The notes beneath the pieces were generated by a model. That model was not told the DNA's origin. It saw nothing but the letters and a program-made list of their open reading frames with translations, and searched no databases. Below are positions 9,576 to 20,787 of a stretch of DNA of 40,973 nucleotides, piece by piece. Every line of letters begins with the position of its first letter. Within the stretch, counting starts at the first letter, position 1. The stretch is from Victivallaceae bacterium (GTDB taxonomy: Bacteria > Verrucomicrobiota > Lentisphaeria > Victivallales > Victivallaceae). The translations under genes and the position numbers were made by a program. The stretch spans positions 1-40,973 of the forward strand of contig JBAYVM010000001.1 in assembly GCA_041674645.1 (NCBI GenBank), given 5' to 3'.

Positions 9576-9863
9576 CGTAACCTTCACTGTCTTCGCAATC
9601 TAAAGTTTAAAAATCTCACGCCTATATTGCCGCCGTGGAATAGAAAATTTGCGGTGAAAAACATTCCTGCAGGGCTGTATTGAAAGGCCAAAAATCAGCG
9701 TTCATGACCTGCAAGATACCCTAATTCCAAGACAAGAATTCATCACAAATCGAATTCATTATAATTTCTCCTTGTATGATTACAAAAAAACAAAAACAAA
9801 GCTATATTTAAGGCTGAATTTTAAAATATAAATAACGGCGGGCCGCCGGAGAAAGGATAAAAT

Positions 9864-10559
9864 ATGTTTTTTGATCCAATGTATTTGCTGTTTGCATTGC
9901 CCGGATTGCTATTTGCATTGTACGCTTCATTTATGACCAAAACGACGTTTTCGAAATATTCCCGCGTCATGTCTTCCACCGGAATCAGCGGTGCGGAAGC
10001 GGCGGCAAGACTGCTTAATAACGCCGGAATCCGGGATGTCGGCATAGAAATGGCAAACGGTTTTCTCAGTGATCACTATGATCCTTCCGCCAAAATGTTA
10101 CGACTGTCTGCTGAAGTGTATAACGGGCATAGTTTGTCGTCAATCGGGGTCGCCTGCCACGAAGCCGGCCATGCGATTCAGGATGCCGAACACTATGCGC
10201 CGCTGGGCTTGCGAAGCGCCATGGTTCCGTTGACCAGTATTTCGTCACCATTGTCGTATGGGTTCATCCTGCTCGGATTCTTTATGAATTCTCCACAACT
10301 TATTCTGCTTGGCGCGATAATTTTCAGCGCAGCAGTACTGTTTTCCATTATCACCCTGCCGGTCGAATACAATGCCAGCGCCCGGGCTAAAAAACTGATG
10401 GTTTCAGCTGGAATAGTTTCTTCCCGTGAAGCCGAAGATGCCGGAGCCGTGCTTAATGCCGCCTTTATGACTTATGTCGCCGCCGCCGTCAGCGCCGTGC
10501 TCACTCTGTTATACTATCTATGGCGAGCTGGAATATTCGGCGGCAGAAACAACGACTAA
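9864..10559 (+). CDS. YugP-type membrane zinc metallopeptidase (Zn_peptidase_2 family)
   Basis: HEAGHAIQ (HExxH) motif, the LSDHYDP...LRLS motif, and hydrophobic N- and C-terminal segments. GGAGAAAGGA lies upstream of the ATG. Confidence 0.8.
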   Translation: MFFDPMYLLFALPGLLFALYASFMTKTTFSKYSRVMSSTGISGAEAAARLLNNAGIRDVGIEMANGFLSDHYDPSAKMLRLSAEVYNGHSLSSIGVACHEAGHAIQDAEHYAPLGLRSAMVPLTSISSPLSYGFILLGFFMNSPQLILLGAIIFSAAVLFSIITLPVEYNASARAKKLMVSAGIVSSREAEDAGAVLNAAFMTYVAAAVSAVLTLLYYLWRAGIFGGRNND

Positions 10560-10776
10560 AGCAAAGGAAAATAGAGCTGAAAAGCAAGAAAAAGCTGACG
10601 GTTAATGGAATATATACGCCCGCTAAATTACAGCACCCCCGGGATTACATAAATGTCATACTCAGAAAACCGCAGAACATTTTTGTGATACTTTTTTGTG
10701 TTAATTTTTCTCTTTGTCTTGTAACTTGTTTTGACATTTATTTATTTTAAGCGTATTGCCGGAAGATTTTAACTTT

Positions 10777-10792
10777 TGGCATTGTATCTGCT
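10777..10792 (+). promoter_or_regulatory. Sigma-54 (-24/-12) promoter candidate upstream of glutamine synthetase
   Basis: TGGCAT-tgtat-CTGCT compared with consensus TGGCAC-N5-TTGCW. GG and GC are at the correct spacing, ~58 nt upstream of the ATG at 10850. Confidence 0.45.
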
Positions 10793-10849
10793 TAAAATGA
10801 ATGGCATATTTTTCTAAAATTTAAGTCAACAACCATAAGGACAAGTAAA

Positions 10850-12994
10850 ATGAGTTGCTTAACGAGAAAGAACGCGATTGCAGCCATCGCGGCTAATTCA
10901 GCCGAAGAAAGCAAGTGTATTGATGAAGTTGCAATCACCGATATTTACGGTCAGGATGTTTTCAGCTTAAAGGTGATGAAAGACTACCTGCCGAAAAGCG
11001 TGTTTAATAAACTTTCAACTACGATTAAAAAAGGTGTCGTACTGGATTCAAGTATTGCAGACGATGTGGCCAATGCGATGAAACAGTGGGCTCTCAGCAA
11101 AGGCGCCAGCCATTACACTCACTGGTTCCAGCCGTTGACCGGCTCCACTGCAGAAAAACACGATTCATTTGTTGAAACCGACGGAGAAGGCGGAGTTATT
11201 CTTAACTTCTCCGGCAAGAACTTGATTCAAGGCGAACCCGATGCCTCCAGCTTTCCGTCCGGCGGCTTGAGATCGACATTTGAAGCCCGCGGCTATACCG
11301 CCTGGGACCCTACCAGCCCGGCATTTATCAAAAAAGGACGAAACGGCGCGACGCTGTGCATTCCAACTGCCTTTTGCTCTTATACCGGAGAAGCTTTGGA
11401 CAAGAAAACTCCACTGCTTCGCTCCATTCAGGCTATCAGCGCACAAATCAAACGCCTGCTGGCCTGTTTTGACGTAAGCACTGAAAATCTGCCGAACGTC
11501 ACGCTGGGCGCCGAGCAGGAATATTTCCTTATTGACAAAAGAATTTATATTTGCCGTCCTGACCTGATTCAGACTGGACGTACTCTGTTCGGTTCTCCGC
11601 CGCCAAAACATCAACAGCTTGAAGATCATTACTTTGGGTCCATCAAGCCGCGCATCCTGGCCTTCATGACAGAAGTTGACCAGGAATTATGGAAACTCGG
11701 CATTCCGGCAAAAACCCGACATAACGAAGTTGCGCCAGCTCAATTTGAAATTGCTCCGATGTTCGAAGAATTGAATCTGGCAGTTGATCATAACATGATT
11801 ACCATGGAAGTATTACGCCAGGTCGCAGACAGACATGGCCTGGTATGCCTGACACACGAAAAACCTTTCGCCGGCATCAACGGCTCGGGTAAACATAACA
11901 ACTGGTCCATCGGCGCCGGAAAAATAAATTTTTTAAATCCCGGCAACGATCCGCATCAAAACGCTATTTTTCTGACTACGCTTTGTGCCATAATCAAAGC
12001 AGTTGACACTCATGCTGATCTCCTGCGCGTCTCCACGGCCTGCGCCGGCAATGATCACCGGCTTGGAGCTAACGAAGCTCCTCCGGCAATCATTTCCATC
12101 TTCCTGGGCGAACAGCTGACCGATGTCATTGAACAGATTGAAAAAGGCGGAGCAAAATCTTCCAAGCAGGGTGGAGTTATGCAAATCGGGGTTGATGCCT
12201 TGCCGCCGTTGCCGCGCGACACCACTGACCGCAATCGTACAAGTCCGTTCGCATTCACCGGCAATAAATTCGAGTTCCGCGCCGTTGGTTCCAACCAGTC
12301 TTGCGCCGGCCCGAATGTCATTTTGAACACGATTGTCGCCGAAGCTTTAGATGAAATCGCTTCCGTTCTGGAAAAAACACCAAAAGCGAAATTCCAGGCA
12401 ACTCTTCAGACTCTGCTTCAAGATATCATCAAAACGCACAAACGTATTATTTTCAACGGCGACAACTACAGCGCAGAATGGGCTAAAGAGGCCGAGCGAC
12501 GCGGTCTGCCAAACCTCAGAACCACTCCGGAAGCGCTGAAACCGCTTGTCACCAAAGAAAATATCGCACTTTTTGAAAAATATAAAGTTTTCTGTAAAAC
12601 AGAAGTGCATTCCCGTTATGAAGTATTCTCTGAAGAATACAAGACGAAAATTAAGATTGAAGGTGAACTGGCGTTAAATATGGCACAAACCATAATTCTG
12701 CCGGTGGCAATAACGCAACAAAGCCAGATTGCAGCTAATATCGGTTCTTTAATTACTCTCGGGTTTAAAAGCGGCGTAGAAAATCAAAAAGCCATTGTGG
12801 AAAAAATCGGATCTCTGATTGACGATATGTGCAAAAATTGCAGCACTTTGGAAAAGGGAATTGCCAAAAAAGCGCCAGCTTCAATTATCGAAGCAATGGG
12901 AGCTCTTAGAAAATCAGTTGACACTCTGGAACTGATTATTGATGATGAGTTATGGCCATTGCCAAAATATAGCGAAATATTGTTTATCTACTAA
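10850..12994 (+). CDS. glnN: Type III glutamine synthetase (GlnN-type, 714 aa)
   Basis: ~715-aa length, N-terminal YGQDVFS...[39 protein letters not shown] and [17 protein letters not shown] are the hallmark blocks of GSIII enzymes. Confidence 0.9.
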   Translation: MSCLTRKNAIAAIAANSAEESKCIDEVAITDIYGQDVFSLKVMKDYLPKSVFNKLSTTIKKGVVLDSSIADDVANAMKQWALSKGASHYTHWFQPLTGSTAEKHDSFVETDGEGGVILNFSGKNLIQGEPDASSFPSGGLRSTFEARGYTAWDPTSPAFIKKGRNGATLCIPTAFCSYTGEALDKKTPLLRSIQAISAQIKRLLACFDVSTENLPNVTLGAEQEYFLIDKRIYICRPDLIQTGRTLFGSPPPKHQQLEDHYFGSIKPRILAFMTEVDQELWKLGIPAKTRHNEVAPAQFEIAPMFEELNLAVDHNMITMEVLRQVADRHGLVCLTHEKPFAGINGSGKHNNWSIGAGKINFLNPGNDPHQNAIFLTTLCAIIKAVDTHADLLRVSTACAGNDHRLGANEAPPAIISIFLGEQLTDVIEQIEKGGAKSSKQGGVMQIGVDALPPLPRDTTDRNRTSPFAFTGNKFEFRAVGSNQSCAGPNVILNTIVAEALDEIASVLEKTPKAKFQATLQTLLQDIIKTHKRIIFNGDNYSAEWAKEAERRGLPNLRTTPEALKPLVTKENIALFEKYKVFCKTEVHSRYEVFSEEYKTKIKIEGELALNMAQTIILPVAITQQSQIAANIGSLITLGFKSGVENQKAIVEKIGSLIDDMCKNCSTLEKGIAKKAPASIIEAMGALRKSVDTLELIIDDELWPLPKYSEILFIY

Positions 12995-13012
12995 ACTTTT
13001 CTTACGCTTAAA

Positions 13013-13044
13013 GGAATCCGTCAGACGACGGATTCCTTTTTTTT
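13013..13044. terminator. Intrinsic terminator between convergent glnN and the helicase gene (clear for +, weaker for -)
   Basis: Stem GGAATCCGTC (13013-13022), loop AGAC, stem GACGGATTCC (13027-13036), then T8 (13037-13044). On the minus strand the same hairpin is followed only by TTTAAG. Confidence 0.8.
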
Positions 13045-13070
13045 GCTCTAATCAGATAGATTTATAAGCG

Positions 13071-16000
13071 TCAATGCTTTGCAATAAAATCCTTCCAATT
13101 TTTATTTTCTGCAATAAAACTAAAAATCTGTTCAGACTTATATTCCGGATGTCCAATAGAGTCTTTTTGCTGTTGAATATAAAGTTCAGTCCATAAGGGA
13201 TGAGTAATAATGGTCTTGCTCTCAGGAATAACAATTGGATCTCGCAATGATTTGGGAATATAATCCGGAATATAATTCGTAACAAATCGCTCCCAATGCG
13301 GCAAATCAAAACCTATATGTAATTTTGCATCTTGAGCCAGGTAAATCATATCAAGCCCCAAACGCCAATTCAAATATTCATGATAATACAAATTGCTATA
13401 ATCTTTAATGCAGTCGTAACAGGCAAGAAAACAATTATGATTATCAAACATTTTTTTTACTTTTGAATCTGATTCCATGCTATAAACATCCAATAAATGC
13501 TTGCGTATCAATTCTGAATTTTGAAATAGATAATTACAAAAGCCAGAACCGTTTTCCATCGTATCGGAAAAGAAAATTTCTCCCGTTTGTAATTTTTTAT
13601 CGTCAAAAACTACTCGATAATCAACATTTAATTCTCCAAGTCCTGTGTCTATAAAATCACACGCTGATTTTCTTAAGAGATATCCCATTGATATATATGC
13701 TGAGCGAACATTGGAATTCATAGGGTTTAAATCAATATTTTCAGGGGTTTCAATAAATCTGAAGCACAATATTCCAGTAGTTTTACTTGCTAATAAGCCT
13801 GCCTGCTGGATTTTTTCTGGGTTAATTTTTGCTTCACTTCCATTTTTATTATGAATCGCAGGAACTACCCAGGCGCCGGAATCACGATCTTCTGCAAAAT
13901 CAAATAAATTCCCCCCGTTATCATTTAATAAATGTAATTGAGCTTCATTTGAAGAATGAACGGCTAGATTTGTTTGTGCAACTTTCTCGAATTTTTCACT
14001 TGATACTTTGTACTCAAGTTGTGACAAATAATTTTGAGCTACCCAATCACCACCGCCAGTATAATCTTTTGGACGTCCCTGCATGTTTACAGAAAATCCT
14101 AATGGAGTAAAGGTTGTTATAGTTCCGTGTGACTCATCGCTACATACAGGGCATTTATATTTTTCATGTCGCTCTGTAAGAGGTACTATATAGCCACATT
14201 TACATGAAAATATATTCCTAATATAACCTCGCCCGTCTTTGGCGACAATCTGTGCTTGATCTCTTCGCCAATCCACTAAACCTGTAATAGTATATAAAAA
14301 TTTATCTTTAACTATTTGGCTCCCCGGGGCAAAAGAATTAATTGCTTTCTCCAAATCCCGGTCAACAATATTATCCTTAGCATGAAGCTCCTTAGGTTTT
14401 GCCAAGTACAAGCTCCTGGTTTTAGTCGGAAAACCAAACATAGGCAATACACCAGCATTAGCCAAACGTTCGCTTAGGTCGGGTTGCGGAAATTCCTGCC
14501 CACGAGAAACAAAGTCCGAAATTTTATTGCATAGTTCGTGACTAACAAAAGATCTGATGTTTTCCCTTGTGGAGGACGATATGTTTACGCCAAACGTAAC
14601 AACATTAATTACCGGGTTAAGGTCCTCTGAATGAAGCTTAATCCACGTTTCTACATCTGAACAATTATCTTTCCAAGAGCTGGCATATCCAAATTCTCCA
14701 TGAACAGAATTAGATGATGATTCTACAACCAAATGGCAAAAAGCCCGCCGTAAAATCTCCTTGCTCACCATACGCTGAATGATTGTTTTGTTGTCAATAT
14801 CAAGATAAAGTGGGCTGGGCGGAGCAGAAATCATTCTTTCAGGTTCAATGAAGTGCGCAAAATCATGTGAATTATTCCGCGCAATGGACAAAGCAAATGC
14901 CCATGCGTTTCCGCGACGGCCGGCACGCCCAATCCTTTGTTGGTAGTTAAAACGCTGAGGCGGAATATTCCCAAGCATGACTGTATTCAATGCCCCTATA
15001 TCTACACCTGCTTCCATTGTTGTTGTAACACTCAAAAGATCAATGGAATATGTATCTTTGGCAATTTCTTCTTCATCTAAAAATACATCTTGAAAATAGC
15101 GTTGTCGCTGAATTGAATCAAGCCGGTCAGTTTGACCTGTTAATTCTTCACAATGCAGACGGACACGGTTATAACCATTGCGAGCTATAAAGCTATAGTA
15201 ATTGTCATCTATCGGAATGTTTGACGCCATATCTCCATCAGACTTAAGTTTTTGAGGACAGTTTATGCAATGACCATTAGAAGGCTGAAGGTGTAATGTT
15301 CTGCATTGCGGACAACGCCAAACTTTATCGTGTTCAAGATCAAGCAAAGTAATAATTAAATTTTTCCCTGTTATAAGAAGTGGGTCTTCTGATAATGTAT
15401 TGTCTGAACACAGTTTATCCTTTATCTCCGTCAGTTCTGGCCGCTTAACTCCTACTGCGGAAAAATATTTACTAATATCTCTTGGTATTCCGCTAGAAGA
15501 TATTTGTTCATTGCCCCAAACTCTCTTTTTTTCTCCTAACATTCTAATAAAAGTATTGATATGTTGATTGTCCGGTTCTTTTTGATAACGCACCACTCCC
15601 AATCCTAATGCCTCAAATGACCGCCTTGGCGCGGGGAAAAGAACATTTAAAATTTCTTTTGATAATTCCGCTTGAAGACTTGATTTATAATCATTTAATT
15701 CCTGAGAGGGCTGGATATTGTTGTTAAAATAACAATCTGTCCAACGTAATGATTTATCGTAATTTGAATAAAAACTTGGCTTTGGTCCAGCGGGACAAAT
15801 CCCTAGTTTTATTAATTCCTTAGTAATTGGAATTGACAGTTCAGATATAAAAACTACACCTAAACGCTTTTTTATTTGTTCAATGGCTTTGCTATCAGAG
15901 TCTACTAAAGCGAGATCTATTGTTTCTTCCATTATTTCTAATTTTTTAAGGGCAGAGTAAATATTTCGCTCATCTTTACGATTAAGATTAGAGATATCTT

Positions 16001-18113
16001 CAAGTTTTGTAATTATTTCTTGATGTTGTTTTTTTATTTCTTTTACAGATTGAAAAACCAATTGTCGCATTAAATCTTTAAAATGGTCAAGTTCAATTCC
16101 AGCAGATAATTTTGCCGCTCCTTGACGACTGTCAGAAAAAAGAATTAATTTTTCGTGGTTCTCAGAGGATTTTTGCAATGCCGAATAAAGAGAATCAGCC
16201 ATAAGTTGGTTAACTTTCTGCACACCGGTCCCATGTTTATAAAACGGCGCCATCTGTTTGACAGATACCTTTTCTGCTTCGCATGATGGACAATATGCAG
16301 GATATTTATCATCTTGATTATCCTTACCATCACATGTTAAATAATCACCTCTGTGCCTAGTTCCTGTATTTTCAATTATCCCTGTAAATGGGTTAAACGT
16401 ACACCTGTTCCAAGCTCCGTAATCTTGAATTCCAAGTGATTCTTGGATTGGCAAAATAAATTTGGGGGGATGAGATTCATTTTCTCCTGGAGGAATTGCA
16501 TCAATAAATTCACCGTTGCGATCGAAGCCTTGAAAACAAATTTCCCCGCAAGTTCGGCAAATGGCCAAAGGGTAAACCTTGCAACGACATTTACAACGTT
16601 TTATAGGCGAGAGATACAATTTCCCAATCTTTCGACCGTCCCATCTATACTCTTCATTTACTTGATTACATTCTGGATTGCTACAAGCATACAACATATC
16701 TATATTACGAAAGAAATAATGTATCCGCAACGGCATTAATGTTTTCCCATTCTCTCCAGCAATGGCGATGATGCGCAAAAGTACTTGAAATGCTTTTTTT
16801 GCATTTTCTGAGTCCTCCCCAAATATCCATTCAACAAGTTCTGATAATTTTCTAGGGTTATTTTTACCGTTTCCGTAAAATGTTTCTCGTAAAATTTTGT
16901 CCAAAGAATATTTTTTAGCCATTTTTACTGAAATATCATGTGTAACTTCTTCCGTAAATAATTCAAGAAGAGGCAAAACTGGGACTTTTTTAATGTTCAT
17001 TTCCGGTTGTTCAATTACTGGATTCGAGATAATTTCAAATTTATCCAGCTTGCAACCAAAAAATTGTTCTATAAAATCATGATTGTTATCTGAAAGGGAA
17101 GCGCTTGTTGCCAGAATTCTAACCTGTTTTGAATCGGGAGTCAGGCCAAGGCGATTAAGCAATAACCGCAAAAGTTGAGAAACTTCAGTTCCTGGAGTTC
17201 CTCTGTAGGTGTGCAACTCATCTACGACTAAGTAAAATATATTATCAGAGGACTCCTCCAGCCATTCTTTCGTTTCTTCAAAAATTGACGCCTCGCGTTT
17301 ACGCATCAACATTATATTAAGCATAGAATAGTTTGTAATCAAAATATCAGGCGGAGTACTTAATATTTGCTTACGTGTCCAATATTCTGCCGAATCGTTA
17401 TCAGTATTTATGTAGCGTGATATGTATTCTTCCTGTTCTTCTTGGCTTTTAGAACCAAATGATTCTTTGATTTTTTTCCAAGCTTTTTTTAAATCTTTTG
17501 CCGACCTTTCAGTTTCTTCTTTTGGGGTTACCCCAGTATAGCGAGCAAATGATATATTTTGACCAGAACACTTGTCATTGAACCACGCACGAGCTTCAGT
17601 AGAATTGCAGGTACGTCGCAAGCGTCCAAGCTGGTCCTCAACCAGGGCATTTAAAGGATAAAGAATTATTGCTTTTACCGCATGATGTTGCTTGCCAAGC
17701 TTATACGTTTTGTAATTTTTTATGAGATGGGCAAAAAGCGGCAGCATAAAACACTCGGTTTTTCCTGACCCTGTTCCAGTTGTTACTACAATATTTTTCC
17801 CGGAACAAGTAGCGAGTATTGCCTGTTCCTGGTGTTGATACAAATACTCATTGGGGAATAAACCAAGTTTTGCAAAATCACTAAATCCGGCAGGCAATTC
17901 CGCTATGTCTGAGAGTTTAGCTCCTTGCTTATAAGTTGGCATCAGTTCGAAATAGGGTTGATGCCACAATGCGTCTATCGTATCTTTACTGACATCATTA
18001 AAAAGGTTTTCCCGTTCTTGGTCAAGATGTATATCTGAAAGCGGAATACCCGTTTTAAGGTAACGTAAGTAATTGTTTTTCAAGTCATTCCACATCGTGA
18101 TAGGATTAGTCAT
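13071..18113 (-). CDS. Giant SF2 (DEAH-type) helicase fused to a C-terminal DUF1998/MrfA-type Zn-binding module; DruE-like architecture (1680 aa)
   Basis: Walker A GTGSGKT (17757-17777), DELH (17211-17222), [14 protein letters not shown] (14910-14939) and the C-terminal [10 protein letters not shown]...Y.H..L.W (13410-13439). AAGGAG lies 9 nt upstream of the ATG, inside the end of the previous gene. Confidence 0.85.
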   Translation of the reverse strand: MTNPITMWNDLKNNYLRYLKTGIPLSDIHLDQERENLFNDVSKDTIDALWHQPYFELMPTYKQGAKLSDIAELPAGFSDFAKLGLFPNEYLYQHQEQAILATCSGKNIVVTTGTGSGKTECFMLPLFAHLIKNYKTYKLGKQHHAVKAIILYPLNALVEDQLGRLRRTCNSTEARAWFNDKCSGQNISFARYTGVTPKEETERSAKDLKKAWKKIKESFGSKSQEEQEEYISRYINTDNDSAEYWTRKQILSTPPDILITNYSMLNIMLMRKREASIFEETKEWLEESSDNIFYLVVDELHTYRGTPGTEVSQLLRLLLNRLGLTPDSKQVRILATSASLSDNNHDFIEQFFGCKLDKFEIISNPVIEQPEMNIKKVPVLPLLELFTEEVTHDISVKMAKKYSLDKILRETFYGNGKNNPRKLSELVEWIFGEDSENAKKAFQVLLRIIAIAGENGKTLMPLRIHYFFRNIDMLYACSNPECNQVNEEYRWDGRKIGKLYLSPIKRCKCRCKVYPLAICRTCGEICFQGFDRNGEFIDAIPPGENESHPPKFILPIQESLGIQDYGAWNRCTFNPFTGIIENTGTRHRGDYLTCDGKDNQDDKYPAYCPSCEAEKVSVKQMAPFYKHGTGVQKVNQLMADSLYSALQKSSENHEKLILFSDSRQGAAKLSAGIELDHFKDLMRQLVFQSVKEIKKQHQEIITKLEDISNLNRKDERNIYSALKKLEIMEETIDLALVDSDSKAIEQIKKRLGVVFISELSIPITKELIKLGICPAGPKPSFYSNYDKSLRWTDCYFNNNIQPSQELNDYKSSLQAELSKEILNVLFPAPRRSFEALGLGVVRYQKEPDNQHINTFIRMLGEKKRVWGNEQISSSGIPRDISKYFSAVGVKRPELTEIKDKLCSDNTLSEDPLLITGKNLIITLLDLEHDKVWRCPQCRTLHLQPSNGHCINCPQKLKSDGDMASNIPIDDNYYSFIARNGYNRVRLHCEELTGQTDRLDSIQRQRYFQDVFLDEEEIAKDTYSIDLLSVTTTMEAGVDIGALNTVMLGNIPPQRFNYQQRIGRAGRRGNAWAFALSIARNNSHDFAHFIEPERMISAPPSPLYLDIDNKTIIQRMVSKEILRRAFCHLVVESSSNSVHGEFGYASSWKDNCSDVETWIKLHSEDLNPVINVVTFGVNISSSTRENIRSFVSHELCNKISDFVSRGQEFPQPDLSERLANAGVLPMFGFPTKTRSLYLAKPKELHAKDNIVDRDLEKAINSFAPGSQIVKDKFLYTITGLVDWRRDQAQIVAKDGRGYIRNIFSCKCGYIVPLTERHEKYKCPVCSDESHGTITTFTPLGFSVNMQGRPKDYTGGGDWVAQNYLSQLEYKVSSEKFEKVAQTNLAVHSSNEAQLHLLNDNGGNLFDFAEDRDSGAWVVPAIHNKNGSEAKINPEKIQQAGLLASKTTGILCFRFIETPENIDLNPMNSNVRSAYISMGYLLRKSACDFIDTGLGELNVDYRVVFDDKKLQTGEIFFSDTMENGSGFCNYLFQNSELIRKHLLDVYSMESDSKVKKMFDNHNCFLACYDCIKDYSNLYYHEYLNWRLGLDMIYLAQDAKLHIGFDLPHWERFVTNYIPDYIPKSLRDPIVIPESKTIITHPLWTELYIQQQKDSIGHPEYKSEQIFSFIAENKNWKDFIAKH

Positions 18114-18114
18114 G

Positions 18115-19029
18115 TCAATCAGCTCCTTCGATTATTTTATTGCAAAAAATCCTCTTTAATTCCTGCATGTGTGTCTTTTCTACACCATCGTAAGTTTTTG
18201 AGTTAATCGTAAATTTTGAAAACATTTGGTTCAAAAATAGAACACGTCCTATTATAAATGGAGGCTCAATATCAAATTTCAACGTTTTGTTGTTGCGAGA
18301 ATAATGCGCAACTGGAAGGTTATTGTCAATACAATGCATTACCTTTGCCCAAAAACTATCATTCACATCTTTTCCCAATTCATAATGTTTCCGTTCATTA
18401 AAATACACTCTTGAGGAATAGATTTTTTCTGACAATCGATATAAGCCCGGTTGTGGTGTCGCAACGCCACGGGACAACCACCGATCTTTGCCGGTTGGCG
18501 AATAGATCTGCTTGTAATCAGCTAAATTACATCCTTCCTTTTCAGAAGAAAATATACCAGGATTGCACACCGGAAAAGATTTTAACAACTTTGTTGTTGA
18601 CGGATTATGAACAATAGGCAAGCCTTCTCCTTGTTCGTCCAGAGATGTTTTCCAACGAACGATTACAGAAAGCTGTTCAAAGTTTGGTTCAATTTTATCT
18701 TCTATAATTTCGTCTACATTGATTTGGTTTTTAAGGTTTTCTGTAAGATTAATGCCAATCCATGAACGTTCTTGATCTGAATCCGAGTAAAATACCATAG
18801 CGGGCGACAATTGCCATACTGTTTTCCCTGAAGATAATCCGCATTCGACCAAACCAGACCGAACTAATGGATAAAAATAGAGATATAAACTATAAGACTC
18901 ATTTACTCTTTTTACGGAAAAGACACACGCATTACAGATATCACGCAACTTTTCATGCCGCACTGGAGATTTTTGGGTACCAAGCCACGCCAAAAGTAAA
19001 TTTTGTATTTTTATGATTTTTCTGTCCAT
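18115..19029 (-). CDS. Hypothetical protein, operon partner 3 (304 aa), no recognisable domain
   Basis: Long ORF with a 3-nt gap to the upstream gene and a 1-nt gap to the helicase ATG. AGGA lies upstream of the ATG. Confidence 0.7.
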   Translation of the reverse strand: MDRKIIKIQNLLLAWLGTQKSPVRHEKLRDICNACVFSVKRVNESYSLYLYFYPLVRSGLVECGLSSGKTVWQLSPAMVFYSDSDQERSWIGINLTENLKNQINVDEIIEDKIEPNFEQLSVIVRWKTSLDEQGEGLPIVHNPSTTKLLKSFPVCNPGIFSSEKEGCNLADYKQIYSPTGKDRWLSRGVATPQPGLYRLSEKIYSSRVYFNERKHYELGKDVNDSFWAKVMHCIDNNLPVAHYSRNNKTLKFDIEPPFIIGRVLFLNQMFSKFTINSKTYDGVEKTHMQELKRIFCNKIIEGAD

Positions 19030-19032
19030 GAT

Positions 19033-20787
19033 TTATCCTGCCGGGAAAAAATAATCCTCATTAATTCCCACATCTTGTATATCATCAAAAGTCTCCCAAA
19101 GACCTTCTTTATTCCATTCATCATAAATATTGATAGCCTTCCAACTTTTTGCAATATGAGTTAAAAGCCCCAAGTGGGAATTATCCTCAGATTCAGTAGC
19201 GGCAGACGAAACAATCACTCGCAAATTATCAGGATATTGCGGATTTGACGCATAAGGAATTAGTTTTGTTTTGTGGTCAAAAACATTCCACAAGGGCTTA
19301 CCCCAACATTCCGGCAATGCAATATTGAAGTTTTCGATTAAAAGGAAATGCCAAATATCCAAATTGTCGTGTGCCGATTCCCAAATGCTCTGCAATGATT
19401 CTTCCCAAAAATCTTTAAACGTTATCCACTTTGGCGATGGCTGACATAGTTGATAAATAGAATTTCCCAAAACAGAAGCCAGAAACACGCCTGTTCTAAT
19501 GTCACTTGTAAGAAAACACCGTTCGTAGGATAGATTCTTAAGTAACACTTGGTTCATAAAATCACACGGCAAGTCAAGCAAATTATTAACGGACTTCATA
19601 AACTCTGTTCTATTTTTTGCGTTGACCATCTCCGCATTTGGCTTTTTCCTTATAATTTCAATTGGAAAAGACTCAACTCTATTAACCGGAGCTTGAACGT
19701 TGCCGGCAATCCCCACCTGTATTTTTATTGATTCAATAAGTTCTTCGCGCCGATTAACCAAATTTTGGTATTTCTCTTCCAGCTTACCCAGCTCTTCATT
19801 TTTTTCTTTGATTTGTCCTTTTAATTTAGTCAGTTCTTTTTTGACTTCTTCCTTCTCGGCTTCATGGCGTTTTTTAAATTTAGATAATTCATCCTCCAAC
19901 GCTTTCTTTTCTTCTGCGACACCAGCCCGTTTCGCTTCAACTGAGGCCTTTTCTTTTGATAATACAATGTCTATATTCTTTTTTACTGCTTCGTCAATGA
20001 CCGACTTAAATACTGGGAGAGCTTGAAAGTTTTGGATTTCATTCCAGTCAAATGCAAATGAACTCAGGCAATGCTTAACTCTAACAAAACGCTCCTTAGA
20101 TAATACTTCATCGTCCTTGACTGTTTCGACATCTTTAATTCCTGCTTGGATTTTTTTCAATTCGTCGGGGCTTAATAGATTATTCAGCTTCCCCTTAAAC
20201 CACTCTTTGAGTTGGCTTGCCGACATACAGTCTACTTCAAGTTTATGACCCTTGCTTGAAAATTCTGAAAAATCTTCGACAAGATAGGTTGTCCCCTCGA
20301 ATAAGACGGTGTCGTAATTTGGTCGATACGACCATCCTTTTACCTCTTTTCCTTTACATGGTTCAGAATTAGTTGACCAGACAGGGCCACAAATACATTG
20401 AGTAGATCCCTGTTTTCTAAAAAAGAACACGTGCTCTTTTTTATCAGAAATTTGCGTTCGGTTAAAAATTTTATCTTGATTAAATTCTAATACACGTGGA
20501 CAAACCCATATTTTACCGCCATCTTTTTTAGAAGGAAGAACATATAAATCTTTTCCGTCTGGCAAATCCGATTCATGCGAATTTTCTGAATAGGAAAATC
20601 TGACAATATCATGTTCTGCTATATTTGGAAAATCGCTACCAAGATTCGGAGCGAATACTCGTCCTATAGTTGGAAAGTGATTTTTTAATTCACTATTGCT
20701 CCAATACCCGTTTTTTGAGTAAAATAACACTTCGATACGAGATTGCTTTCCATTTATAAAAATAATTTTACCGATTGCAGATTCCAT
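19033..20787 (-). CDS. Hypothetical protein, operon partner 2 (584 aa): N-terminal beta-rich region, central coiled coil, C-terminal degenerate P-loop-NTPase-like region
   Basis: AAGGAGG lies 7 nt upstream of the ATG. Heptad-like K/E-rich stretch at aa ~278-355 (19723-19956). C-terminal FLLIENFNIALPECWGKPLW...NLRVIVSS resembles the McrB/MoxR Walker-B-to-sensor layout without catalytic residues (inference). Confidence 0.75.
   Translation of the reverse strand: MESAIGKIIFINGKQSRIEVLFYSKNGYWSNSELKNHFPTIGRVFAPNLGSDFPNIAEHDIVRFSYSENSHESDLPDGKDLYVLPSKKDGGKIWVCPRVLEFNQDKIFNRTQISDKKEHVFFFRKQGSTQCICGPVWSTNSEPCKGKEVKGWSYRPNYDTVLFEGTTYLVEDFSEFSSKGHKLEVDCMSASQLKEWFKGKLNNLLSPDELKKIQAGIKDVETVKDDEVLSKERFVRVKHCLSSFAFDWNEIQNFQALPVFKSVIDEAVKKNIDIVLSKEKASVEAKRAGVAEEKKALEDELSKFKKRHEAEKEEVKKELTKLKGQIKEKNEELGKLEEKYQNLVNRREELIESIKIQVGIAGNVQAPVNRVESFPIEIIRKKPNAEMVNAKNRTEFMKSVNNLLDLPCDFMNQVLLKNLSYERCFLTSDIRTGVFLASVLGNSIYQLCQPSPKWITFKDFWEESLQSIWESAHDNLDIWHFLLIENFNIALPECWGKPLWNVFDHKTKLIPYASNPQYPDNLRVIVSSAATESEDNSHLGLLTHIAKSWKAINIYDEWNKEGLWETFDDIQDVGINEDYFFPAG

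Noticed and set aside
9836-9848. GC-rich palindrome CGGCGG-G-CCGCCG just upstream of the Zn peptidase Shine-Dalgarno, considered as an operator.
   Set aside because: It is a single short palindrome with a 1-nt centre. There is no second copy and no adjacent regulator, so it is not distinguishable from chance.
10520-10750. 76-aa plus-strand ORF after the Zn peptidase gene, and the 8817 start of the secreted-protein ORF.
   Set aside because: 10520..10750 begins inside the peptidase gene in another frame and runs into promoter DNA with no Shine-Dalgarno. For 8817, the upstream extension covers the predicted promoter, whereas the ATG at 8889 gives a canonical signal peptide with a GGAG site.
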